From contig NZ_CP092368.1 of assembly GCF_025021925.1 (NCBI RefSeq), positions 240,001 through 272,000 on the forward strand: DNA of 32,000 nt, in the 5' to 3' direction. A program made the translations under genes and the position numbers. Of this stretch, positions 19,324 to 28,665 are shown piece by piece. The DNA is from Candidatus Saccharimonadota bacterium (GTDB taxonomy: Bacteria; Pseudomonadota; Alphaproteobacteria; Rickettsiales; Anaplasmataceae). Below the pieces are notes generated by a model that worked only from the letters and a program-made list of their open reading frames with translations, did not search any database and had not been told where the DNA came from. Within the stretch, counting starts at the first letter, position 1. Every line of letters begins with the position of its first letter.

Positions 19324-20343
19324 TCATGATATGATATCCTCAACTTCTAATAATACCTTATTCATATCTTCATGAGAAAGTAAAATGAGACCTAATCTAG
19401 ATAAATATCCATCTTTGGTACTTATAGATTCGATCACTTCTCTAATGAATTCTCGTAATCCTTCAGTAGTTTCTAGATGTTCTGTCTTAATATATAAGTA
19501 TAAAGGTCTTGCTAATATATAGTGTCCAGATGATATATTATCATAAGTTGGTTCAATGCCTGCAATTGAACTGCCCTGTATCTTATCTTGATTTCTCATC
19601 AAAAAACTAAAACTGAATATGCCAAGAGCATTCTTATTGCTCTTTAATTTTTGTATGATAATATTCTCATTAATTCCTACTTCTATATATCTACCATCAT
19701 CCCTGATAATACTATATACTTTCTTTTTTCTTTGTTGAGCATCGTTATCTTTGTAGATGACATCTGAATTCATAAGTAAATATTGATCAAGTATAATAGT
19801 ATTAATCAAAGTTTCATATGTTCCTGTATTCTGATGTGGTCCATAAATCTCAATTTCTGTTTTTGGTAATGTATTTTTTATATCATACCAAATTTTTTTA
19901 GTATTTTTGACTACTTGATCGTCTATTTTAGAATATGCAGACAAGCTATCGAATATATCCTCTTTCGTAAAATCAAACCTATGACTTTGATTAGAATTTG
20001 CAATCACAATTCCATCATAACCCATAATAATCTCTTTTATCTTATGAATTTTATTTAATTTACACAATTCTCTTTCTACTTCTTTAATAGGGCGTGAAGA
20101 GGTAGTAATATCTGGAGTATTTCCTCCTATCCCTGAGCAAAACATTTTAAATCCTGCTCCACTTCCTATTGATTCTACAACTGGAGTTTTGAATGATAAA
20201 ACGCGATGAAAATCCTCAGCGATAAATGATATAAAAGGAAAAACAGTTGAAGATCCTACAATTCTAATATATTGTCTTGCATGAATATCTGAAAAAGCAA
20301 AAAATACTATTAAGATAATAATTGCATAAAAAGTTTTGAGCAT
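19324..20343 (-). CDS. pstS: PstS-family phosphate ABC transporter substrate-binding protein
   Basis: Signal peptide MLKTFYAIIILIVFFAFSDIHA, then IRIVGSSTVFPF and GSGAGF typical of PstS/PhoT-type periplasmic binding proteins. No pstCAB genes are adjacent. Confidence 0.72.
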   Translation of the reverse strand: MLKTFYAIIILIVFFAFSDIHARQYIRIVGSSTVFPFISFIAEDFHRVLSFKTPVVESIGSGAGFKMFCSGIGGNTPDITTSSRPIKEVERELCKLNKIHKIKEIIMGYDGIVIANSNQSHRFDFTKEDIFDSLSAYSKIDDQVVKNTKKIWYDIKNTLPKTEIEIYGPHQNTGTYETLINTIILDQYLLMNSDVIYKDNDAQQRKKKVYSIIRDDGRYIEVGINENIIIQKLKSNKNALGIFSFSFLMRNQDKIQGSSIAGIEPTYDNISSGHYILARPLYLYIKTEHLETTEGLREFIREVIESISTKDGYLSRLGLILLSHEDMNKVLLEVEDIIS

Positions 20344-20399
20344 GATTTAGTTAAAAATTATCTTAAAATTACCATTATAAAATATAATTAAAATAGATT

Positions 20400-20418
20400 A
20401 TATCTTCTTGTAAGATAT
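20400..20418 (-). terminator. Small hairpin downstream of mgtE (weak terminator candidate)
   Basis: ATATCTT (20400-20406), CTTGT, AAGATAT (20412-20418): a 7-bp stem 18 nt after the mgtE stop, with T-rich sequence following on the minus strand. The stem is AT-only and short. Confidence 0.3.
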
Positions 20419-20435
20419 CATAATTTTTTTATCAG

Positions 20436-21803
20436 TTATTTAATAATAAAAATTGTAGCTAAACCAAGAAATATCACTACTGAGAGAATATCAGTGGTTG
20501 CAGATGTCAGAATTGAAGAAGAAATAGCAGGATCAGACTTTAAACGATATAACATAATAGGAATAAACGCTCCAATAAATGTTGAAATAATTGCCATAAT
20601 GACCATAGAAATTGCAAATATGATTTCTATTTGAAAATTATGAAATCTTATATCTATCACTGTCAAAGAAATAATTGATAAAATAATGCCATTAATGCAT
20701 CCTATAGATAATTCTTTTATGAGTATTCTCTTTGCATTTTGTGCAGTTAAGTGCTTTGTAGCAATCGCTCTGATTATAAGTGTTACTGTTTGTGATCCAG
20801 AATTACCACTCATTGATGCAATAATTGGTAGAATAATAGGTAAAATAATCAAATTCTTTATTGTATGTTCAAAGACACCTGTCACTATTGAACATATAGT
20901 AGCTGCTAGAAGATTGAATAATAACCATGGAAGTCTTGTAATAATTGTTTTATATAATGGAGCATTGATATCCGTCTTGGAGAGTACTCCACCAATTTTT
21001 AACGCATCTTCCTCTGTCTCCTTCTGAACAACTTTTATTACATCCTCAATTAAAATTACACCTATGATTTTACCACGCTTATTTACTACTGGCGCTGATA
21101 TGAGAGAATAATCTTGAAAGATTCTTGCTACTTCCTCTTGATCTATACCAGTTTGAATAATTTTAATATCGCGCTTCATGATTGCCTCTATCATAGTATC
21201 TCCTGAATGAGATATTACTTGATTTAAGTGAATACTTCCTATTGGTTCTAATCGGGAATTAATAATAAACACTTGATAGAATTTTTCTGGTATTTTTTTA
21301 TAATTACGTAAAAATTCTGTTAATTGATTAATTGTCCAATGATAAGGTGCTATAATCATGTCTTTATGTATGAGTCTTCCTGCACTTTCTTCTGGATATG
21401 AGAGTAATTCCTCTACTTCTTTTCTAATTTTACTAGGTATATAATATAGGATACTACCCGTGCATTTACGATCTAAGTCTTTGATTATAGTTACTATATC
21501 TTCAACATGTAATAACATTAATAGTTTTGCAGTATTTTCTATTCCTAGTGTGTTGATAATCTGAACTTGTAAATCTGGCACTACATGTACTAGCGCTTGA
21601 CTTAATGCATACTGATCTAAGATTTTTACTAATTGATCTCTTTGATCATTGATGGAAGTAGATAAAAAGTAAGCTAGCTGTATGCTATCTATAGATTGTA
21701 TAATATTTTGAATACTGTTTATATCTTGATTATCAAGAGATTCTATTAAATCATCAATAACCTTATTTTCCAAATAATAATGAGAATTTGTGTCAATATC
21801 CAT
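20436..21803 (-). CDS. mgtE: Magnesium transporter MgtE
   Basis: 455 aa. N-terminal MgtE-N domain, tandem CBS region, and a C-terminal 5-TM channel with SMSGNSGSQTVTLIIRAIA. Confidence 0.9.
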   Translation of the reverse strand: MDIDTNSHYYLENKVIDDLIESLDNQDINSIQNIIQSIDSIQLAYFLSTSINDQRDQLVKILDQYALSQALVHVVPDLQVQIINTLGIENTAKLLMLLHVEDIVTIIKDLDRKCTGSILYYIPSKIRKEVEELLSYPEESAGRLIHKDMIIAPYHWTINQLTEFLRNYKKIPEKFYQVFIINSRLEPIGSIHLNQVISHSGDTMIEAIMKRDIKIIQTGIDQEEVARIFQDYSLISAPVVNKRGKIIGVILIEDVIKVVQKETEEDALKIGGVLSKTDINAPLYKTIITRLPWLLFNLLAATICSIVTGVFEHTIKNLIILPIILPIIASMSGNSGSQTVTLIIRAIATKHLTAQNAKRILIKELSIGCINGIILSIISLTVIDIRFHNFQIEIIFAISMVIMAIISTFIGAFIPIMLYRLKSDPAISSSILTSATTDILSVVIFLGLATIFIIK

Positions 21804-21825
21804 TTTTTTACCTTTACATATATGC

Positions 21826-21853
21826 TTGATTACTGTGAATATAAGAGTATAAT
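21826..21853 (+). promoter_or_regulatory. Candidate sigma70-type promoter for prfB (TTGATT-16 nt-TATAAT)
   Basis: TTGATT at 21826-21831, a 16-nt spacer, and consensus TATAAT at 21848-21853, about 95 nt upstream of the prfB ATG in the mgtE/prfB divergent spacer. Chance matches are common in AT-rich DNA. Confidence 0.3.
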
Positions 21854-21946
21854 GAAATTATTTTGAATTAACTACAATATGGTAAAATTTCTATTTTCCT
21901 GCCTACTATTAATAGTAATAGCTAATATTTTAAAATCTAAAACTTA

Positions 21947-23063
21947 ATGAAAACTGATGCAGAAGTTTTAGAACATTTTCAAAGTTTACATCACAAGATT
22001 TCTATTATTCGGAGGGGTCTTTGACATAGAAAAATTAAAGTTACGTTTTCAAGAATTAAAGCTTAAGATTCAGGATAATAATCTATGGCAAGATCATAAC
22101 ACAGCAGATAGACTGCTAAAATTACATGCGCACATTAAAGATACAATAGACTCTTTTTTAAAAATTGAAAGTGATTATAATAATAGCATAAGCTTGATGC
22201 AAGTGGCTATTGAAGAGCATGATTTAGAATTCTTCTTAGAAGTAAAACGCGAGTTATTAACATTAGAAAAATTAATTTTACGACAAGAACAAGATATTCT
22301 ATTTACCCAAGCAGAGGATAAAAATGATTGTTTTTTGGAACTCCAATCAGGAGCAGGAGGCACAGAGAGTAATGATTGGGCTGAAATCTTGTTACGTATG
22401 TATATAAGATGGGCAGAAATTTATCATAACTTTCAAGTAGAAATTGTAGATAAATTAGTAGGTGATGAAATTGGTATAAAATCCGCAACAATCAAGATTA
22501 TGGGAGAGAAAGCTTATGGCTGGTCAAAACACGAAAGTGGAATTCACAGATTAGTAAGAATTTCACCTTTTGATTCTAATGGAAAACGCCATACTAGTTT
22601 TGTAAGCGTAGGAGTGATTCCAATCATTGATGAGACAATTAATATATTAATTCATGAAAAGGACTTAAAAATTGATTCTTATCGTGCGTCTGGCGCTGGA
22701 GGACAACATGTAAATAAAACTGATAGTGCTATTCGCATAACTCATATACCAACAGGTGTGATAGTGCAATGTCAGAATCATCGCTCTCAACATAGAAACA
22801 AAGATGAAGCAATAAAAATACTAAAAGGACGTTTATATCAAAGAGAACTAACAAAGCAAGAGAATAGCATGACTGAACAATATCATAAGAAATGTGATAT
22901 AGGTTGGGGAAATCAAGTACGATCATACGTTATGCATCCATATCATATGGTTAAGGATTTAAGAACTGGATATGAAGAAGGAAACCTTAGTGCTATTTTT
23001 AATGGTAATATAGATCATTTTATCATGAGTATGCTCACGCATAATATGAATACTAAATCATAA
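21947..23063 (+). CDS. prfB: Peptide chain release factor 2, expressed through a +1 programmed ribosomal frameshift at 22019-22025
   Basis: Frame 0 from the ATG at 21947 reads MKTDAEVLEHFQSLHHKISIIRRGL, then an in-frame TGA at 22022-22024. The +1 frame from 22023 reads DIEKLKLRFQELKLKIQDNNLWQDHN... and is open into ORF-track 22194..23063. That ORF carries SPF (RISPFDS) and GGQ (SGAGGQHVNKT). The joined product is about 371 aa. Confidence 0.92.
22011..22025 (+). promoter_or_regulatory. RF2 autoregulatory +1 frameshift site (internal SD-like GGAGGGG, then CTT TGA C)
   Basis: GGAGGGGTCTTTGAC, compare E. coli AGGGGGTATCTTTGAC. The slippery CUU plus the weak stop context UGA-C, preceded by an SD-like element, is the conserved prfB recoding cassette. 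Confidence 0.88.
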
Positions 23064-23254
23064 GAATAACTCATATCTCTAATCTAGTTTATTATATCTT
23101 ATCAGACTAATGTAATGTCGTTAATATTCCAATTCTTACGACAAGCAAAGCATATTTTAGAGTTTTATAAAAAATATTATTATTTCAAGTTTAAAGTAGT
23201 AATAGATTTTTATTGGAACTAGAGATAGAATATAGTAAATATAGTGATAAAAAA

Positions 23255-25882
23255 ATGGCAAATAAATTAATATATCACTTTAGTAAAAACAAATGCGAAG
23301 GTAGTGCAAGCATGAAGCATCTATTAGGCTCAAAAGGTGCACACTTAGCAGAAATGTGTAATCTGGGCATACCCGTACCTCCTGGTTTTACAATCTCTTG
23401 TATGAGTAATTGGCAAGAAGCATTATCTCGTAATATATATAATGAAATTAAAAATAGTATTCTCACTCTAGAAGATGAAATGGAATGTCAATTTGGAGAT
23501 GAAAGTAATCCATTATTAGTATCCATACGTTCTGGAAGTATTCACTCAATGCCTGGTATGATGGATACTGTGCTAAATGTTGGTTTAAATGATCAAACTG
23601 TTATTGGAATGGCAAGAACGCATGGTGAGCGTTTTGCTTATGATAGTTATTGTAGATTTATTAATATGTATGCTAATGTAGTATTGAATCTTGATAATCA
23701 TTTATTTCAAAATATCATTGATCATGAACAACAAAAAAGTAGAGTACAGAATTTATCTGATCTTGACATTTATATTTTAAAAAAAATAATCCGTGAGTTT
23801 AAAAAGATAATATACATCTCTACTAAAATACATTTTCCACAAAATGTCTTAGATCAATTATTCAACTCTATCAATGCAGTATTTAAATCTTGGAATAATA
23901 ATAGAGCTATTGCTTATAGAAAGATACATAGTATTCCTGATACATTAGGTACTGCTGTTAATATTCAAGCAATGGTTTTTGGCAATCTAAATGATCAATC
24001 AGCAACTGGTGTAATATTTACACGCAATCCTTCAAATGGAGAGAACAGACTCTTTGGAGAATTCTTAATGAATGCTCAAGGATCAGATATAGTGTCTGGG
24101 ATATATACCCCTATGCCAATTTTAGGTCATCAATCTAATTGTATGGCACAATTAATGCCAATGATCTATCAAGAGTTATGTCTGATATGTCACTCTCTTG
24201 AAGCCCACTATAAAGATATGCAAGATATTGAATTTACTGTACAAGACAGTAAATTATGGATTTTACAAACTAGATCTGGTAAACGTTCCACTGAAGCTGC
24301 GATTCGCATAATAGTAGATATGGTGAACGAGAAAATTATTACAAAAGAAGAAGGAATAGCAAAAGTTGATATAAAAGCTTTTGTTAGTCTATTACATCCT
24401 GTATTGGATGTGCAGAAAGCGCAAAGAGTAATAGGAATGGGGTTACCAGCTTCTCCAGGAGTTGCATCTGGATATGCATTATTTAATATAAATGATGTAG
24501 AACAAGCTATCTTACAGGATCAAAAAATCATATTAGTTAGATCAGAAACAAGTACTGAAGATATTAATAGCATGCACACTGCAAGTGGTATTATAACGAC
24601 AAGAGGAGGTATGACCTCACACGCAGCTGTTGTAACAAGAGGAATGGGAAAACCATGTATTTGTAGTGTGAGTGATATGTATATTGATCAAAATGGTGAT
24701 TTTTGTTTTATAGGAAATACTAAAGTAAATAAAGGAGATCCAATTACTATTAATGGAGGAACTGGAGAAGTCATGCTAGGATTATTACCTACTATCCTAC
24801 CTACAGTATCGCAAGAATTTAATACAATAATAAATTGGACAGATGAAATAAAAAAAATTGAAGTTAAAGCAAATGCTGATACTCCACAAGAGATTCATAC
24901 TGCTAAAGCATTTGGTGCAGAAGGTATAGGACTATGTAGAACAGAGCATATGTTTTTTGCTCATGATAGAATTGATCTGATTCAAAAATTGATTATAGCA
25001 GATAGTGCACATGAAAGATGCAGTATACTAAGTCAATTAGAAAAAATACAAAAATCTGATTTTAAAGAAATTTTCTCTATAATGAAAAATCAAAGAGTTA
25101 CAATACGCCTTCTTGATCCCCCATTACATGAATTTTTACCTAATAATCAATCCTCTATAGAGAGAATTGCTAGATCACTTAATAAATCTGTTGAATCAAT
25201 AAAAAGCAAAATAATACAACTGTCAGAAAAGAATCCTATGCTTGGTCATAGAGGCTGCAGACTAGCAGTCTCTTATCCTGAAATATATAGTATGCAAATT
25301 AGAGCAATTTTTAGTGCTGCAGAAGAAATAATAGAAATAACAAAACTATCAATTGTTCCAGAAATTATGGTACCGTTTGTAATGAATGAGAAAGAGTTGA
25401 TTTTAATATGTCAAATGATTAAACAAGAAGCTAAAAATTTTGATATACAATACATAATTGGTACTATGATAGAGTTACCACGTGCAGCACTAATTGCTGA
25501 TAAGTTAGCAAAACACGTAGAGTTTTTTAGTTTTGGTACTAATGACTTAACGCAAACAACTCTTGGATTATCTAGAGATGATGCATGTCATTTTATAGAT
25601 TTATATAAAAAAAGAAATGTATTAGAACATGATCCATTTGAAGTACTTGATATTGAAGGTGTAGGGGAATTAATCAAAATTGCGATTTATAAAGGTAGAG
25701 AAAATAATATAAATATGAAATTTGGTATATGTGGAGAACATGGTGCAGATCCAAAATCAATAGAATTCTTCAGTCACTTAGGAATAGATTATATTTCCTG
25801 TTCTCCATATAGATTACCAATTGCAAAATTAGTATTAGCTAAATTAAATACTCAACAAAGAGATATTAATTCATTTTATTAA
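23255..25882 (+). CDS. ppdK: Pyruvate, phosphate dikinase
   Basis: About 875 aa. EGSASMKHLLGSKGAHLAEM ATP-grasp N-terminus, the phosphohistidine motif GGMTSHAAVVTRGMGKPC, and C-terminal PEP-utilising TIM barrel motifs (GLCRTEHMF, FFSFGTNDLTQ). I prefer the ATG at 23255 (MANKLIYHF) over the ORF-track TTG at 23213. Confidence 0.93.
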   Translation: MANKLIYHFSKNKCEGSASMKHLLGSKGAHLAEMCNLGIPVPPGFTISCMSNWQEALSRNIYNEIKNSILTLEDEMECQFGDESNPLLVSIRSGSIHSMPGMMDTVLNVGLNDQTVIGMARTHGERFAYDSYCRFINMYANVVLNLDNHLFQNIIDHEQQKSRVQNLSDLDIYILKKIIREFKKIIYISTKIHFPQNVLDQLFNSINAVFKSWNNNRAIAYRKIHSIPDTLGTAVNIQAMVFGNLNDQSATGVIFTRNPSNGENRLFGEFLMNAQGSDIVSGIYTPMPILGHQSNCMAQLMPMIYQELCLICHSLEAHYKDMQDIEFTVQDSKLWILQTRSGKRSTEAAIRIIVDMVNEKIITKEEGIAKVDIKAFVSLLHPVLDVQKAQRVIGMGLPASPGVASGYALFNINDVEQAILQDQKIILVRSETSTEDINSMHTASGIITTRGGMTSHAAVVTRGMGKPCICSVSDMYIDQNGDFCFIGNTKVNKGDPITINGGTGEVMLGLLPTILPTVSQEFNTIINWTDEIKKIEVKANADTPQEIHTAKAFGAEGIGLCRTEHMFFAHDRIDLIQKLIIADSAHERCSILSQLEKIQKSDFKEIFSIMKNQRVTIRLLDPPLHEFLPNNQSSIERIARSLNKSVESIKSKIIQLSEKNPMLGHRGCRLAVSYPEIYSMQIRAIFSAAEEIIEITKLSIVPEIMVPFVMNEKELILICQMIKQEAKNFDIQYIIGTMIELPRAALIADKLAKHVEFFSFGTNDLTQTTLGLSRDDACHFIDLYKKRNVLEHDPFEVLDIEGVGELIKIAIYKGRENNINMKFGICGEHGADPKSIEFFSHLGIDYISCSPYRLPIAKLVLAKLNTQQRDINSFY

Positions 25883-26052
25883 ATCTCTATCTTCGAAGAG
25901 ATATATGTATTAGTATACATCAATTTCATTATATATGTAAAATTATTTTTGATATGTGAAGAATGATGTATTCAAATCTTATGATTCCTTGCAATCATTG
26001 CTAGTATAAGATAAATTATGAGATATTAATCAATTTATTCTGTAATAATAGA

Positions 26053-26976
26053 ATGGAATTCTTAGGGTATCATCTTGTACAAGTTACGCAATTTGCTGCT
26101 ATTGCTGCATACAAATTATGTGGTTTATGTGACGAGAAAAAAGCAGATCAAGCTGCTGTTGATGCAATGCGCACAGCGTTACAGACTCTAGAAATTAATG
26201 GTATCATTGTAATTGGTGAAGGAGAAAGAGATAAAGCACCCATGCTATATATTGGAGAAAAGGTTGGCACTGGTATTGGTCCTAGTCTTGATATTGCTGT
26301 TGATCCTCTTGAAGGTACTACAATGTGTGCATATTATAAACAAGGAGCCATGTCCGTACTTGCTGCAACAAAACAAGGAAATTTTTTACATGCTCCTGAT
26401 ATTTATATGGAAAAAATAGCTATAGGTAAATATTTACCATATGGTATAGTATCACTTAAAAATAGCATTCGAAAGAATCTAGAGAATTTATCTCAAGTAA
26501 AAAACTGCCAGGTGAGTGATCTAAAGATTGCCATTTTAAAACGCAAGAGACATATTAAATTAATAAAAAAAATTAGTAAATTATCAGCAAAAGTTAAATT
26601 AATAGATGATGGAGATATTACTGCAATCATTTCATTAATACACGATCATCACGATATGTATATTGGTATAGGTGGAGCACCAGAAGGTGTACTTGCAGCT
26701 TCTGTACTACGTTCTATGGGTGGACAGATGGAAGGAAGATTAATATTTAATACAGAAGAAGCAAAAAAAAGAGCACATGATTTTCATATCCATGAATTAG
26801 ACAAAATCTACTCTTTACAGGATATGGTAAGAGGTGAATCAGTATTTATTGCCACTGGTATTACAAGTGGAGAACTGTTAGAAGGAGTGCAATTATATAA
26901 AAATCATACTTCAACGCACTCTATCATTATATCGCCTAATAAGGTAGTGAGACTACAGACAGTACATCATGTTTAG
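26053..26976 (+). CDS. glpX: Class II fructose-1,6-bisphosphatase (GlpX)
   Basis: VTQFAAIAAYKLCGLCDEKKADQAAVDAMR, GEGERDKAPMLYIGEKVG, DPLEGT and GGAPEGVLAA are GlpX hallmarks. 307 aa. Confidence 0.88.
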   Translation: MEFLGYHLVQVTQFAAIAAYKLCGLCDEKKADQAAVDAMRTALQTLEINGIIVIGEGERDKAPMLYIGEKVGTGIGPSLDIAVDPLEGTTMCAYYKQGAMSVLAATKQGNFLHAPDIYMEKIAIGKYLPYGIVSLKNSIRKNLENLSQVKNCQVSDLKIAILKRKRHIKLIKKISKLSAKVKLIDDGDITAIISLIHDHHDMYIGIGGAPEGVLAASVLRSMGGQMEGRLIFNTEEAKKRAHDFHIHELDKIYSLQDMVRGESVFIATGITSGELLEGVQLYKNHTSTHSIIISPNKVVRLQTVHHV

Positions 26977-27148
26977 CTGTAATGTTTTACTTATCCTATT
27001 TAATCATCCTCATTGATACTGTATTGCATCATCTCAGTGTCTTTTTGATTTAAAAAATCTGCATCTTGTCACATATTACCACTCGATATTTTTGGAATCA
27101 TTATGGTAATAGCATTCTTATGAGATATGCTTTTTTCTTTAATCATCT

Positions 27149-27178
27149 TATAAGAATATATATAAGAATTATAAGAAA
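27149..27178. repeat. Three closely spaced copies of TATAAGAA(T/A)
   Basis: TATAAGAAT at 27149-27157 and 27161-27169, and TATAAGAAA at 27170-27178, in the glpX/ychF convergent spacer. The first copy is part of a 19-nt exact repeat shared with 29895-29913. Confidence 0.4.
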
Positions 27179-27250
27179 ATAAAAAAACAGTATGGTTGTA
27201 TTAATAAAGTCCAGTCTTGTGAACAGGTATAACATGAAGTATAGATTCTA

Positions 27251-28336
27251 TTATATATTGAATCTAAAATGCATGATATCACCATCTTGTACAATATAAT
27301 CTCTACCTTCCAATCTCACTTTGCCAGCTTGCTTACAAGCTGCTTGGCCTCTATATTGAATAAAATCTATTAAACTAATTGTTTCTGCTTTTATAAATCC
27401 TGTTTTAAAATCAGTATGAATCAGACCTGCAACTTGATCAGCTTTAGATCCTCTTTTTACTGGCCATGCACGCGCTTCTTTAGGTCCTACAGTGAAGCAA
27501 GTGATCATTCCCATGATATCATATAAAATACGTGTCATTTTATTCAAAGCTGATTCTTCTAATCCAAATTCTGATAAGAAATGTTTTTGTTCCTCTGAAG
27601 TCTCAAGACGAGAAATTTCGTCTTCAAGTTTTACTGAAATACAACAAACCTGACTATTATGTTGTTGCGCCATATACATAACACTTTTAGATAAAACATT
27701 GCCATTAATCATATATGTATCTTCTACATTACAGATATATATCATAGGTTTTGTTGTCAATAATTGTAATCCTGTTATATCATGTTTCTTAAAGAGTCTA
27801 GCAGGTTTTCCTGACTGCAAGATTACTAAAATCTCATATATTAAATCAATCTGACTGTTTTGTTCTTGATTGTTATCTCTCACATGCTTTTTTAAATGAA
27901 ATAATTTTTTTTCTAGTGTATTAATATCAGCAAGTATTAATTCCATATTCACTATTTCTGCATCTAATACTGGATTAATGACATTATGGACATGACTAAT
28001 TTCTTCATTACTAAAACATCGCAGTACATGTACAATCACATCTACTTCTCTAATATTGTGCAGGAATTTATTTCCTAATCCTTCTCCCTGATTTGCTCCT
28101 TTTATCAATCCTGCAATATCTACAGCTAAGAGCTGGACCATAATTATATTCTGAGATGAAACAATAGATGCAATTTTGTGTAAACGATCATCTATCATAG
28201 ATACTTGCCCAATATTTGGCTCTATAGTACAAAAAGGATAATTAGCAGATTCAGCGATACTAGAACGAGTCAATGCATTAAATAATGTAGATTTACCTAT
28301 ATTAGGCAATCCTACTATACCAAAGCTCAAATTCAT
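27251..28336 (-). CDS. ychF: Ribosome-binding ATPase YchF (Obg-family)
   Basis: MNLSFGIVGLPNIGKSTLFNALT G1 motif, DIAGL G3 motif, a coiled-coil insertion, and a C-terminal TGS domain (DFIQYRG...GRDYIVQDGDIMHFRFN). Confidence 0.92.
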   Translation of the reverse strand: MNLSFGIVGLPNIGKSTLFNALTRSSIAESANYPFCTIEPNIGQVSMIDDRLHKIASIVSSQNIIMVQLLAVDIAGLIKGANQGEGLGNKFLHNIREVDVIVHVLRCFSNEEISHVHNVINPVLDAEIVNMELILADINTLEKKLFHLKKHVRDNNQEQNSQIDLIYEILVILQSGKPARLFKKHDITGLQLLTTKPMIYICNVEDTYMINGNVLSKSVMYMAQQHNSQVCCISVKLEDEISRLETSEEQKHFLSEFGLEESALNKMTRILYDIMGMITCFTVGPKEARAWPVKRGSKADQVAGLIHTDFKTGFIKAETISLIDFIQYRGQAACKQAGKVRLEGRDYIVQDGDIMHFRFNI

Positions 28337-28422
28337 ATGTTGTTATGTAATATCACTTATAATATCGAGATTTATAGAATGTTGCTATATATTATTTTAC
28401 GCACTGTATATATTAAAATAAT

Positions 28423-28436
28423 TGATGATATCATCA
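28423..28436. other. 14-bp perfect palindrome TGATGATATCATCA in a divergent promoter spacer
   Basis: Read directly at 28423-28436, between the ychF start (28336, minus strand) and the cca start (28666, plus strand). It could be an operator, but there is no independent support. Confidence 0.25.
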
Positions 28437-28665
28437 GAATAATACTTAGCTCGTATCATATAAATGTAATATCTAATATATACAGTAGTGACTAATGAAT
28501 TTAAGAAATATCTAAAGATAATTCTATTATCTTGTTGATTTTATTAAATAGAATAACAACAAAAGAAAAATTTTATTTTCAAAATAGTAATATTATCTCA
28601 ACAGAGTTGCAAGTCTTCTTAGTGTTATATAGTATAGTGTTCATTATCATGAAAATATCAAGCTC

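Noticed and set aside
22175-22363. 62-aa minus-strand ORF, and the TTG/ATG at 22194 as the prfB start
   Set aside because: The upstream frame-0 ORF plus the CTT TGA C recoding site explain the region as a single prfB gene. The 22194 start would delete the conserved RF2 N-terminal domain, and the minus-strand ORF is antisense noise.
25883-25902. Hairpin ATCTCT-ATCTTCGA-AGAGAT right after the ppdK stop, as a terminator
   Set aside because: The stem is only 6 bp with an 8-nt loop and no following T-run. That is not enough to call a terminator, though its TCTTCGAAGA core is mentioned in the repeat finding.
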